A stretch of DNA of 64,000 nt from positions 2,108,001 through 2,172,000 of the forward strand of contig JAYWIR010000010.1 of NCBI GenBank assembly GCA_036172245.1. Reading direction: 5' to 3'. This DNA comes from Raillietiella orientalis (taxonomy: Eukaryota). The position numbers and the translations under genes are program-made. Of the stretch, positions 1-13,194 are shown in pieces; the stretch's first letter is position 1, and every line of letters starts with the position of its first letter. The notes beneath the pieces are model-generated. The model was not told where the DNA came from. It saw only the letters and a list, made by a program, of their open reading frames with translations, and ran no database searches.

Positions 1-2439
1 CGCCACGTGACCCACCACGCCCGCCGGTATCTGCCGTGGAGATGTGGTCGTGAGGTGGCCACTCCTCGGGGCTGTCGCTGGGAAACGGGTGGAGGGGAGC
101 GTTCGGCCGCACCTTTTGCCCCACGCCTCACCTTTCCGAGGAGGCCCTCCTCGGCGGGAGACACCGACCCCTGAGGCTGAACGCGGGTGACATCACCGCG
201 ATTTTTCCCCCTCCAGCTTTCCTTGTTTTCCCAGCCTTTCCCTTCGTTTCGCTTTTCCCCCTCTCCCTCCCGCTTCCCGTCAGCTTCCCGCCCTTTTCCG
301 TGCACGCTTTTCGCTACAGGAGAGCGGGAAGCGCGAGGCGGTTGCACTGCCGGTAATTGCGCGCGCCGCCTATCGCGGCAGAGCAGGGCAAGCACCTTCT
401 GCCCCCCCCTCGCAGATGGTGCTGCGTGCGCGGCTGGCAACGCTGCCGAAACTCCGCCACTCTTCCCACTTGGGGCTCGTGCAGGGGGCGAACGAGGGAG
501 ATCTCCCGCGAGTCTCTTCCCGGATAAGGGTGCGGCAGCCGGAAGCTCCGCGCTTGAGTGGGCTGCTGCGGACTGTCCGAGGGTCGGCAAACTCCTGCCG
601 ACTGGTGAGGAGGCGCTCCTTCCGGCTTCCCCGTCAGAGACCGTGGCGCCAGTTCCTCTGCATCCTGAAGGCATCCTTTCAATGGTGGCAGCCGCCGGCA
701 GGACGGGAGGGGATCCGCTGGGGTAGCCATACCACCGCCGTCCTGGGCCCGGCGGCGACGCGTGTGCGGACACGCCAGGAGCCGCCTGACCTCGCTCCGC
801 CTCCCCCGTTCCCTGGGGATGGAGGCGGAGGCGTGAGCGATGCTCCCAGGTGCTCCGGAACTTTTCTCGGAGCCCCTCCCCCTCCCGCCTTGCCAACGGT
901 GCTGCTCGAATAGCTTCGTTTCCTTGGACGAACAGCTGGAGGGATCGCGTGGGGCCAGGTGCGGCAGGATACGAGGAATGGAATCGCGGAGGGCATCTGG
1001 AACGACGCTCTCGGACGGGCTCCCCGAGGCCTCCCCTGCCCCTGAATGCTCCAGCTCGCCCTGCAGTGAGATCCACTCCTTACCCTCTATGCGGTCCGAG
1101 CGCGTGCTCCTGAGAAGACGAGAGCAACAAGAACGGCTTGGCTTTCGGGAACCTCTCGCTGGCGTCATCTTCCGACGAAACGGAAAACCCCTTCGCAATG
1201 GGAGGGGAGAAGGAGGAATCCCAGGAGTGAGCGGCGCACGGTAGGAAGAAGGGAACCGGCTTTTCGAGAGCGGATTTTTGGGTGGCCGGCCCTCCTCCCT
1301 TGGCTGCTTCCCGTGGGCAGAAGTGGGAGCAGCGGCCAGAAGTGCTGCCACCGCTCTGCTGGCGGGGCGATTCGAATCAGCACGCCGCCGCCGTTGCGCC
1401 ACATCCTCCCGAAAGTATGGATCGATGCCTTCCTGTCTCGCGTTTCGGTGACTGGGAGGGGAAGAAGAAGAGCAGCGCCAAAGTCCCGCGGCATTTCCCT
1501 TCCCTCAGCAGAGCAACGGGCAGGACGAGGGGCCGGTCCTGCCCCACTCCGTGAATCGTCCCGTGACGCGGCACATTTCGAAGTGATCGATACCCCCTCC
1601 CTCCTCGTCTTCCCGCTCCACCACCCTCTCCCCTCAATTGAGTTTGTCGTCAGCCTAAGGCGAAACAGCAAATCATGGTCGCCTCCTGTGCGTTCCTGTG
1701 CGTCCTCGAAACCCAGCAACTGGCCGCGTGTTTGTAACCTGCTTACCTATTCATCACCCTGGAAGATTGAAAGAAGGGGAAAAAAAAGATGGCGCCGTCT
1801 GGTCGACGCGAGCATTCTGCTGCGGGAGATACCTCCGAATCGCTCTGGCCTTATCACGTTTTGCTCATTGGAGTTCATCCTGCAGAGCGTCGCCGCGCAC
1901 GACGCCCTCGCTAGGAAACCGAAAAGGGGAGGAGGAGGGAGGAAGCCCGGTGTCTCGCACATTTGTTTTTATTCAATCCTTCCTCATCCTTCCGCCACGG
2001 CGAGGCCGGACGGACGAGCGTGGGCTCCCGCGCCTGCGCAACCACGCTGTCGCGTTTGCAGCTGCACGCAAACAGCAACGGGGAAAAAAAGCGCGCGACG
2101 TTCCCGCGGACGGGCCGGAAGGAGCGTTCCTTCCGCCCAGGCTTTCCCCGGCAAACAGCAGCAAAAAAGGGGGGAGGGAGGGAAAAGAAAAAGAAAAAAA
2201 AAAAAAGAGCCGCAACTCCAGGATGTTTTCCTCCTGCGCGCGCACGGAAGGTGGACGGCTCCCTTCTTCCGCTCACACAGAGCAAAGGTAGTCCAGGGGA
2301 AGGAGAACCACGTTTGCGAGAAGGGAAACCTAGGAAACCGGATGCTGCGCAAGGCGTGATTGATGTGCCGTCGCGCGAGACGATTTTTGCCCCTCGTCCT
2401 GCCCCTGGAGGTGTTGGCGCTGGAGTGAGCTTCCCGTCC

Positions 2440-3300
2440 CGCGGCGCTTTTTAGCACACGACTTGCTTCTTCCATGTTGACACCCGTGGGGAAGAGACTC
2501 CCTCTTCTTACATGGACGGCATGGCGTGCAGCGACGCCGGCTCTCGCGTTGCCGCTGCGATATCGATTGCCTCCCCCGCGTGCCTCCCGTGCAGGCTGCG
2601 GCGTGACGAAAGCGGGGACATCCGAAAGCGGCGGCGCTCTCCGGAGGTGGGGAGGGAGGGGATCCCCTGCTCCTTCGCCATTCCCGAGGTGCCTTGGGGG
2701 TTCCCCCTCGCCCGCTGCATCGGATGAAAAGCCGCGGAGGCGCGAGCAGGTCGTAAGCGGCGGAAATCGGGAGGGGCGCGCGCTGCGTCTGGCAGGCAGG
2801 ACGACTCTGGCGCGCGTTGCGTGGGCGTGTAATCTGCGTGCGTCGCCTTCCGGGAGCTGCTCCCACGCCACTATGTCCTGGACCCACTCGATCTGAAGAG
2901 GTTGCGTGATGCCTCCTGTTGACCTGCAAATCCTGGGGTGATTCCTTTTCCTGTTTTGCGTCACGGAAGCCCGGCGACGAACGCGGCGTGACACGTGACA
3001 TTCGCCTGTGCTCCTCCACCCCCTTCCTTCCTTCCTTCCCTCTTCCTCCTCCTCTTCAAATCGCGCACGGAATTCGCTTCCTCTCTGCGAGATCTTCGTC
3101 CTGGAGGTCGTTCCTCAGCCAAGGCGCTAGGAGGAGGCGCGGAGGCTGCGAGGCTTCTTCCCGGTCCCTGAGAAGCCGCTGCGGGAGTCACCTCGAGGTG
3201 CTGACCCAGGACGACACCACTCCGCGCGCGGTTCTTCCGTGTTGGCTGACGCTCTACCTCCTGGCGGAGGGGACGGCGGGTGGTGCTGCCATCTGCCGAC
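2440..3300 (-). mobile_element. Degenerate 3' part of an RNase-H-containing non-LTR retrotransposon (I/Ingi/R1-like)
   Basis: Minus-strand frames give, in order, ADGS (TDGS-like, ~3290), IEWV/PGHSGVG (RNase H WVPGHxG motif across a frameshift, ~2860-2895) and CRPCKKRESLPH (C-terminal zinc finger, ~2490-2530). Confidence 0.5.
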
Positions 3301-6249
3301 GGGCGAAAAGCCACCGCGCAGTTTTTAGGGGGGACTATCCCTGACACTGAAGGGAGGAACCGCGCCACTCCCTTCCCCCTCCCTTCTCCCTTGCCCCACC
3401 CACGGGTGCGCGAGGAGCGCCAGGTGCGCTCAACCGTGGTAACGTCCCAGACAACCGTCGGGGAAGCCGCCTTCCTGACTTTTCCCCGCGGCTCTTCCGG
3501 AGGCCGGTCCGCAGGGGTGCGCGCCCCTTTCTTAGGAAGGTTCTCTACGGGTCATTTTTTCTCCGTTTTCCAGCCCCTTCCCTGATTCCTGGGGCCCGGT
3601 CACCCCCCTCGCACGGGTCGAGGGACGGACGCAGACGACCGGAAGCCACAGGTGCGCCACCTCTTCCGGCATCATGGACCATCCGTGCTCAGAACAGGGC
3701 GGGCCGGGGGCGAGCGGGAGGACTCTCGGAGGCCGCCCGCGGGTCATCCCGACCCTCCAAACGCCAGTGCGAGCCACGGACGGGCGGAGCACGCCCTCTG
3801 GTCCACGCGAGCTGAAGGACGCTGCACCCCATCCTGATCTCGGTGCCGTCCCACGCGCGGAGTCCCTGCCGGGTTTTCTCTCCCCACGGGAGTGGGGCGG
3901 GACTGCGATGCGTGGGTAAGCGCCGACCGTGGTGGACCTCGACGGCAGAAGAGTAGGAGATTCCCTTCCACCCCTGGGGATCGCCCCCTTCCTCGAACCC
4001 TCCCTGACAGACGGGTGCTGGCCGAGGTAGCCGAAAGACAGGAAAGAGGAAGCCGGCCCTTTCCTGGCCTCCCTCCTCTGGGCCGCCCGCTCCCCCTTCT
4101 TGCATCCTAAGGGACGACACTCCGGCAGGAGTCGCCCTTCCCCACTTTTGCGTGGGACGCGACGTCCTGCACCCCCTGGAGTTGTTCCCTGTCCTCCACC
4201 CCCTGCCGGCCGCCCCTGCGACGACTCGCTCGCGGCCCGTCAGAGGGCGCTCGTTTCCGGGTGCGGCAGAGGCAAGGCCGGCGCCGAGGGCCGCGCGTCG
4301 TGGGCGGGCGAGCCGGTCTCGGAACGCTCGTTCCGTGACCGCCGGGAGGGCCCGGACTCTCGCCTTACCACCCTCTTCCAGTCCCTCTGCCGAGCGGCTC
4401 CGAGGGGAGGCGCCTCTGCGGACGGGCTCCGGAAAAGCGGAGCTGCCGCCTCCTGCGCGCGTGACTAGGTGTCGCCGCCCCCGCCCGCGGGGGTGTCCAT
4501 CGGTCCACGGACCACCTCCCCTCCTCAGCTCCTCCCTCCTCCTCTCCCAGCCCCTGGATCCGTCGCATCTTCGCTTCGCGGTCTCCTCCCGCCCGCCCCC
4601 TCCTTTGGTTCCGGGGCTCGCCGCTGGCAGTGCTCGCGTGCACGCGGAGGGTCCGCGCGTGGAACTCCGCCCCCGCTTCCCTCGCAGCAGCCAGTGGCTC
4701 TCCCATCCTCCCAGCACAGCACTGCTGGGAAGTTCCGATCCCCGAACGCCCCGCTGGTGGTATCCTGGTTACGAGCTGCACAGAATGAAAAGTGGAAACG
4801 GCGAAACGTCCGCCCATCCACCCTTCTTTTTTTTTTCCTTATGAGGGGCGGTTTAAAGGAAAGAAAGGAAAAGGAAAAAAAAATCGCGATCCGTTCCCGG
4901 AGGGCACCTGGCGCACTGCGGTCTGTATGCTCTCCCTCGGGCCATCTGGCAGGGGCGTCCGATCGTAACCCGGCAATGTCTCGCAACGCGGAAGAGGCGA
5001 GCGAGAGAAGAGGGGACGGCACCAGATGCATGCGCACAATCCGGCGCGACGCACTAGCGCCGGGACGTGGGGACCCTCCTCCCCGGCGCAAGGAAGACCC
5101 CGCACGTCCTGCGTGGAACCGCCGCTCCTTGCCCGACGCAGCGCGCATGCGTGACGCAACCGTTCGCTTCGAGCGCGCGGTGGGGGCGCGCTCGGACTCG
5201 CTTCTGCCACCCGCGAAGGGGAAGCGCGGACCGTGGCAAACGCGGTGGGGGTGGGGGACGCAGCTGCTCCTGCGCAGCCAGTTAGCGCGGAGGGAGACGG
5301 AGAAGAGCGGCCCGCAGCCAGCCAATCCCGGATCCCGGGAGTCGGCGTGGAACCTCGGCAGAGCCCGGCGCTTAGGGAACAGGTCGAATGCGCTGACTGC
5401 CGCTCAAAGACGCGTTGCAGCCCGGGGCGCGCTCGCCCCGACTCGGGGAAGCCCCTTCCTCGGGCAGAGAGCCACCATCACGGGGGAGAGCCACCCGTGG
5501 CCTACGTTGGGCAACACCGTGAATCCCAGACGTTTCCTGCATGCCGGGAGCTGGCCGCATTAACCTCCCTCCCCCCCTCCCTCCGACCATCGCCCTCCTA
5601 CGCTCTGAGCCTGTGCGGCGTGGATGGAAGGCGCAGAAAGGGCGTGGTGGCGTTTCGACGTCGTCTCTAGGAGGCGCAAGCATCCGGTCAGCCTCGTCGA
5701 GGAAGCGACCCCCAACCAAAACCGAGCCTAGGTCCGGCTCGAGATTCCTCCGGGAAACCCGCACTCCCAGACGAAGGTCGGGTCAAGACGCGCTGGCCAG
5801 CGCGTGAAGGCGCCCCCAGCGAAGTAAGAGAGAAGACCAGCTGTTTCTCCCTTTCGCCGGCAGAGGAGATTCTCCTTCGACGAACGGCACGCCTGGAGCC
5901 CCGCGGGACAACGGGATGCGCAGCGGAATCGGGACAGCCAGGTCAGGAAGAAAGGAAGAGGATTGGGGCGTGCTCCAGCGTTCATCGGGGCTGGTCTTTG
6001 AGTGTGCCGCCGGGCAGGACGGAGAGCAGAGCTAACCTTGAGAAGGACAGAAATTGCGACATCCTTCGCACCGCATCCGCCAAACGATCTTCGGAAGATC
6101 GGCGGCGGCAGCGGGCGGGCATTGGAAAGGGAGCAGCGGAGAGACGAGGACGAAGCTGACGCACGGTTTCCCCTCGCTCCCTCTTCCTGCAGAGCGGTGC
6201 ACGCAGCGGTTCCGGGCCCGCAGGTGTCGCGGGCTACCGGAAACGCCCT

Positions 6250-7700
6250 GCGGTGACCCGACATCACCTCGAGCGCGACGTGTGCCATGTGGCACAGCCG
6301 AGAGCGGCATCTTGGGTCATCGCTTAAGGCGAAGTCGTCGGGGAATGCAGCGGCGTCTCTCCGGACCTGATGAACGGACTGGGGAAACAGTAGAAAAATG
6401 CTCCGCAGTGTTTTCCACGTGCACTCCAGAAGGACTTGTGAGGTGAACCTGATCTCTCGTCCAGCGCCGAACTTTCCGGAGTCAGAGACCTTCAAGGAAC
6501 GCTTCCTCTGTTTTCGCCGGAGGTCCCCCACCGGAGCTGTCGGGTCAACGATGCCAAGGGCGCTGCACGAGGCCAGCCGGGGTCGGCTTGATGAAGACCT
6601 CGGCCACTCTTGTGCGGTTCCCTCTTGCGCTTGCACATGGTGAACGTGATGGGGTGGGGGGAGGAGGAAGTATAGGGAGGATGTGAGCACGGGAGCGCAG
6701 AGTCGGAGAACCCGAGCTCGTACGAAGACATCTCCCGACGCCGGCCGAAGCTCCTGCGAAGCGTTCCCGAAGCCTTCGGTGCTGGCGGGGTCTACCAAAC
6801 TGCTCCCGCCACCAGAGGCCACGAAAGATGCAGAGTCGGCGGGGATCGGATGATGGACTCAGCAAGCGGAAATGGCAAATCGAGAAACGGCCGATTCACG
6901 GATGCGAGGACCGCACGAAGTCCCATTGCGATGGTCGTCGTGCCGGAGGGGACAGATGGGCGGGAACTGATGTCTGTTTCCTCTTTTCTCAGCTCATCTC
7001 ACCTCGTGGACCTGGATGCCCCTACCAGGTGAACGGGCGCAAAAACGCCGCCGCCGCAACCTTCGCGGGAGTGTTGGTTTGCGCCTGGAAGATCCCAGCC
7101 TGTCGACGATCCAAAAGACGGATTTCGGAGATCCCAAATGATCTGGAAAGTCTCCCAAATTCGGCGCGTTGCGAGGATTTAAGAGAAAGGAAGTCTTGGT
7201 TGTCCTGCGTGAAGATTCTTGACCTTGATCCCCAGAACCTTTTGGACTGACGTCTGTGAGAAACGCTAGAGGAGTGCTTCGTGAGATGCATCAAGAACTG
7301 CCGACGAAGACATGGGTGTTCTTTGGCATCGCCCGATGAGCTTCTTGCGACCCGTTTCAAGAAGACCTCAGATACTTGTGCAAAAACAGATCGTTGCTTC
7401 CGGTGCTCCACACGCACTTCTGACGTCGCAACGGTGTCACTCCTTCCGGTTTCACATGAACATCGAGAGTCAGCCAAGAGGAAAGACCTCACGGGCCCAA
7501 ACTTCGAGGGGCCCATCCGCCTTGCTGATCTTTGACGGAAAACTTGTTCCAACCACATTGAAACGCAGCGTTCGCAAGGCCCAGAGGGGGTGGGCGCTGA
7601 TGAAGCTTTCTGCTAACTGTCTCCGCAGCTCGACACAAAGGCTCTGGAAGAACAAGCAAAGGCCATTTCGCTCTAATGGGCAAACGAGACGGGCGATTCT
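6250..7700 (+). mobile_element. Degenerate Gypsy LTR-retrotransposon pol remnant (RT end - RNase H - integrase)
   Basis: Frameshifted motifs in Gypsy order: ILGHRL, EAFGAGGVYQ (GxGAVLxQ), SKRKWQIEKR, then CFRCSTRT..VSLLPV..RKDLTGP (integrase CxxC and DxxGP; ORF 7281-7535). Confidence 0.6.
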
Positions 7701-10700
7701 GACGATAGCGAAAGGTTTTACAAAGTACGATCGTACACATCGTAAACACATGACTGCACACACACACACACAAAAGATCAGAATGCATTCCGTGGGCACC
7801 GAATCTTGGACCGGAATGCTGAAATCTGATCAGCTGATGAGAACGATTCAGCATCACCTACGTTTCACAACAGCAAGTGCTCATTGGGAATCACTTGTTG
7901 GTGCTGCTGACAGTTTGTTTTCTTCTGCTTATTTCTCATAGCATGTTGTCGCTGCTCATCACTAAAGGAGTCACAATGAAAAGAGGAGCCCATGAGGGCG
8001 TAGGCACGTGAGTTAGATGGCAAGCACAAAGGCGAAATGATACGCGTTTGTGCAAGAGCAACGTATACTTATAGCAGGACTGAGTAAACACCATTTTAAA
8101 ATGAAATGAAAGCCAAACATGGAAAATGAGTTCTTACTGAGTGGAGAACGCGGCTTTTTATTATTATCATTATTAGTGGGTTCCAGTGCTTGGGTTCCTC
8201 CCATTGCTGAATTTCCAGAGCAGAATCGTGTAGATTGTGAGTTGAGGAACTACTTTCGAGGTGCTTCAGGTTTCACAAGTTTACACGAAATGTTTTCAGC
8301 AATGCAAAATGGAGGTACAAGGTTCTGCTGGTGGAGAAGGAGGTACCAGGGTTTTTGAGAAATAGTCGAATTGTGCTGTTGGCATTAAATCATTTACGAG
8401 TTTGCGTACAAAAAGATGCGCTTGAGGAAGGCAAAACACGTATTCGAGCAGAGCGGGAAAGTTGCAAAACACCTGGATGATAAGTTGACTTGGAAGATTA
8501 GGAACAAATAGTGAATCTAATTTCTCACAGTAAACAAACTCATGGATAGAATCTATCCTCTGTGTCCCTAGATAAAATGAAAATTAAGGGAATCCATGAA
8601 TGTATTTATGCTGTTCATGAAAGTATGATACGAGGTTGCAGTGTAGATCTCCTTCAAGGAAAAGGAACCTTTAAAAGTCGGAATCTTCAGAGATCCTTAG
8701 CGCAACAGCTATATATGAAAGCAGACGTCACACCAGCAGGATGGTAAAAAGGCAAGCTGGTCGACACTCCGGAAAATTATTAAAGTAAACCAAGTTGTGT
8801 GAAATGAAGCACAATGCAGGCAGCGATTTGATGTTTCTCATGCATAAGTTGAAGAGCACATTCGGAGTTTAAAGTTAGCTCAGAATTATTTTCAAAATAC
8901 TGTTCTTGAAACAGCGAACGACTAAACCTTTTTTAGGTTGCACCATTATGCAAGCACATCCATTGCAGTTGGAAGTCAGAAGAGAAAAGAATGTTTTTCC
9001 GTAACTTTCCATGTCCTGAAGAATGACACCGAGAAATTTTTTTGCGGGTTACAAAAATAATGTCGGCTGTCATCTTGTTTCCACCAATTACTACTGATTG
9101 CGATACAACATGCTAATGTTTGTGGTAATCATAAGTGTATTGAGTCGGTCCTTTTCTTTTAAGCTCCCCAGACCACAATAAATATCAATCTGTTGCCAAA
9201 AACGCGCTCTCTGTTTAACTGTTATAAATCATCGTCTCTACAGTTCCTGATTTCTCATCAGCCAATTTGCCACTGGGTTCGCGTGTGCTCTGTTTTCTTC
9301 CAGTCGCTGCTCGTTTTGCATCCAGCGATGAAGCATCGCTCTTTTGATTTCCGATGGTTTGTTGACACACTCGGCTTTATTTCTGGTGGCAGTACAGATA
9401 GACACCTTTCATTCTCCTCCCAAGAACTTATAGCGAGAGGAACCGAAGCCATTTTCTGTAATGGAAGAAGGCGACGAATATGGTTACGAAACTAGCTTCG
9501 TATGGTGATAACACTGCCATGTAAAGATGCATGCATACACCCTTATTTATTAAACTTCCAATCTATGTTTAAGGTTCGTGCTCTGTTATTGATATATGTA
9601 TTTTGTTTGATTTTCAAGGTTTTTGCCAATTACGGAAACTATAGAACGATACTTTCCCGCTTTCTTCCTTTATGAAGCGTCGGTTTCAAAACTGTCATTA
9701 TAGGACAGAATTTTCCGATATAAATAAATTATTCCTTTTAATTTCCAGAATTATACTCAAGCCTGAAAAAAAAAAAAAACTCTTAATCAGTTCAAAAAAG
9801 TATAGTAGTTTTTTTCCCATCTCTCACTGAATTCTTTGAGATCTCCGTGGGAATCGAGGTTTCATAAAGTCGACTTGCCTCCTTGGAGACGATTTTACTG
9901 TCTAACTTCATGCTATTCAAATTACCGAGTTAGTTGCATTTTCCGGTTTAGAGTATTTCAGGGATGCAGTTGTTCCAGGTTTCTCATGTACCACAGAATC
10001 TCTGCCTCAGTTTTTATATTAATCGATCTCTGTCTCCCTTAGTAATCGAGAAACCTCCTCTGTATTATCGAACGCACGTTCATTTGGAAAGAAACAGAGT
10101 TGTCGAAGGCTCTGTTTTGAGTATTGCGTGTGTCACGTGTGAATCGAAATATTTACCATATAACTAGAAAGTGCTCTACAATCTCTGATCGTAAACATAA
10201 AATCAGCATTAATTCTGGACATTTCGTTAATCGAAGATTCCAGAGACAGCGAATCCTACGGTATCATTATTTCCTACCCATTCATTCTATAGTTTCATTA
10301 CTTGCTATCCATCTTGCAATTCACTCCAGCTTTCAAGACATACATTGTTTGTGCATCTACTGTGCAGCATTGTGAATTCAATATTTTCTGGATTTCAGCT
10401 CAGATTTGGTTGCTTGATTTTCTCTCAGATAATTTTTATGTCGAGTGTTTTTTTTTTTTGACTAATAGAAATATTTTTTGCCTTTTCATGAAAGTCTGCT
10501 GAAGTCTGTTTCCTCTCTTACTGTTACTTCGCGTTCAGAGATAAATGGGCTTGAAGGAAAGCATTGAAAATGAAAAGCAACAAATGCCAGAACTGCATGG
10601 TGAAATTTTGAATTATTTTCAAGTGCTTCCGCTGCCTTGAAGACATGGCAATACTCAACAATGTTTAAGGATTGATGACAACTGTTTAAATCGAGTCATG

Positions 10701-12355
10701 AACCAAAATCATTTCTAACAGCAGACAATGATAATTTTCTCATAAATTAGCATTTGTGTTGTTTCGAGGCGTTCTTGTTATGAGATCTTTGTCTTGCAAT
10801 AGAAATTATTAAAATACGAATTTTGATATTTAGAGGATTTTTTCTAGAATTTATTTCACGTCGATGTATATTTTGCTTTTATATTATTAAGTGTTTTGCC
10901 ATTAAGACTGTGCTACCAAAATTTCAGCGAATTCATTTTATCTACGTATTTAATTTTCTATTTTTAGTTTTTCCTCGTTCCTCCGCGGCGAAAGTTTCTG
11001 CAAATGTCTGTAAACTATCAGCTAATGAAAATGGCGTGAAACTTGGAAGAAATTCTAGGTTGAAACTTGGTTTGCACAGTTCATTTTTTTATTTATGGAT
11101 CTTTGGTGCTACATTTGATCGTTAACATCCTTCAATTCCTACCAAAATTAATAATGGCGATTTAAAAGCCAAGAGCAATAAGTTCTTTATCTGTGATTCC
11201 ATCTTGAGATATAATAAAACTTAGATCATAATTAATAATGCAGACATTTTATAACAAGGCATTCATATAAATATGCAAGTCGATAAACTCGTTTATTGTT
11301 TGAAAGAAAATATTTGCCATTTTAAGTTTGCGTATTGAATGGATGAGTCCAACGAAGGTTTCATGTGTCAGAGTTACATTAATGTGGAACTGTTTTGCTT
11401 GGGATTACCATATTAAACAGGCATTGTGTTCCTGATATGTTAATTAGGAACTTGTATTTGGTAAATTTCAACTCTTGTTTAGGTGGAGGAGATCTCTGGT
11501 GTATTCATTGGTTTAGTTGCGTCCTATTATTATTTTACTTTATTAATATTCATGGATTTGGGATATCATTTTAAAAAAAATTATTAAAGCATACAATAGA
11601 CCTGTATAAGTATTGAGTTGTTTATGTGCCATAGTTTTTAAAACTGTGAGAAATAATTTGGATGTATATGTTAATGTGGAGAGTTATATCTGAAGATTAA
11701 ACTTTGGTGCCTTGAAGTATGTAAATTCGAAGACCCGGTATAACGTTTGGAAGGAAAAAAAAAAAAAAAACTCTACATTTCCTTCAATCTGAAGAGTGTC
11801 TTTCATATGGAGAGAAGCTTCCTTCAAGTCTGGGAAATGTAAGGTGAGGGTTATAGTAGTGCAAGAATGTTTGTGCCAATGCACCATGAGAAAATTCAGT
11901 AAATGTAGTGTTTCAAATTGTGATTGCAACGCATGTCACCGCATCTTGAAAAGCAAATTTTTAGTCATGCGTACTGTCATTTGTTTCTATTTTGCATTTT
12001 GTAGACTTTTCAATTTTATTCTTTTTTCCATAATTCTTACTGTCACTGATCAGCATCACCCATAAATGTAATATGTAAATATGCTGTTATAAGCCATTCT
12101 CTCAAAAATATCTATAATCTTTACAAGTACTCTTGTAAAGATTGCAGTTTTTAAATTCAGGGAAAAAACAGTACATTTGTGTGTTGATTGCAGAAAGTAT
12201 TTGAAGCATTTAAACTGTTTCACTCAACACCAATTACTAATCAAGGAATTTTCAGAAATGAAGATTTGTATGCTGTGAGTTTTTTCATCTTACTTTGAAA
12301 ATGCATTGCTGCTCACCTTTATTATGAGAGTTTAATACTAGATCATTTTTGGGAA

Positions 12356-13191
12356 ATGGTTTGGCAGAAAGAGTTGTGCAGAGTCCCAGCAGACTCTGGT
12401 TATTATAGGTATAGCTTTTGTTTATGTGATTGCTTTTTCATTTTTGTTGTTGATGATTTTCAAGTTCTTACAGTTCCATGGGAAAGAAATTTCGTGCTAA
12501 ACCGTCAGTCCCCTTGTACCGAGGTGAGGTTATAGATTTATCATCAACAGATGCATCTAAGACAAATGGGCATACAAGTAAACGCCCCAAGATGCTCACT
12601 GAGAGCAAGTAAAGTGACCTGCAACACAAGTTGGTTCTTATATGTGTTTCTAGTCGAAGCAGCAAGGATGATGCTAATTTGATGCCACCTATCCGGCAGA
12701 CAGCATCCATTTTCAAGCAACCAGTAACAGTAGTTAGGAGCCTTGAGGACAGTCAGGTGCGTCAGGATTTACAGCATGGTTTGCAAGAGCGGCCCCGCCA
12801 GGTCTGTTGTTATTTGAGCTTAAATATTCAGGCAATAGCTGGGTCTTAGCTTTTTTGGGAGAAGAGGCTGCAGCTTTTACGTGCATGTGATGTAGGTGGT
12901 GAAGAATTGCAGCCTGTTTTAGCACCACCCCAGTTGCAGCCTGTTGGCCCTGGAGTTCATGATGAAACAGCGTTGCGTTCTTTGGCAACAGCACTTCATT
13001 TAGCTGCACGGCCCATCACAGGGCAGACTGGTCCAAGACAAGAATTAGATGAGAATCCTGGCACCTTTGTGAATCCCCAACAACCCTTGGTGGCTGCCAC
13101 TGTGGTCTCTACTGAGGATATTCGAGCACAAGAAGCACGGGTCGAATTAGCACGACGACGCTTGCAGGATGAAGTCAATAATGGAAACTGA
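12356..13191 (+). CDS. mbd-2: Methyl-CpG-binding domain protein 2/3 (NuRD subunit). Exons 12356-12408, 12474-12608, 12654-12801, 12850-13191; 225 aa from this ATG, upstream exons possible
   Basis: The spliced GT-AG model stays in frame (678 nt). It contains GKKFRAKP (MBD), PIRQTASIFKQPV, RPRQ|LFWEKRL, LATALH, PITGQ, NPQQPL and EDIRAQEARVELARRRL, all hallmark MBD2/3 motifs including the C-terminal p66-binding coiled coil. Confidence 0.93.
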
Positions 13192-13194
13192 TAT

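Noticed and set aside
187..6000. Many long overlapping ORFs (e.g. 314-1402, 1313-2359, 4469-5563)
   Set aside because: Arg/Pro/Gly/Ser-rich translations in several frames at once, as expected from high GC; no recognisable domains apart from the RNase H LINE remnant.
8400..9460. Possible minus-strand gene divergent from MBD2/3
   Set aside because: An acceptor-like site and ATG at 9452 exist, but no consistent spliced frame or known motif could be built.
10545..10640. Short exon-like ORF MGLKESIENEKQQMPELH upstream of MBD2/3
   Set aside because: Could be an upstream exon but cannot be linked to the gene without transcript data.
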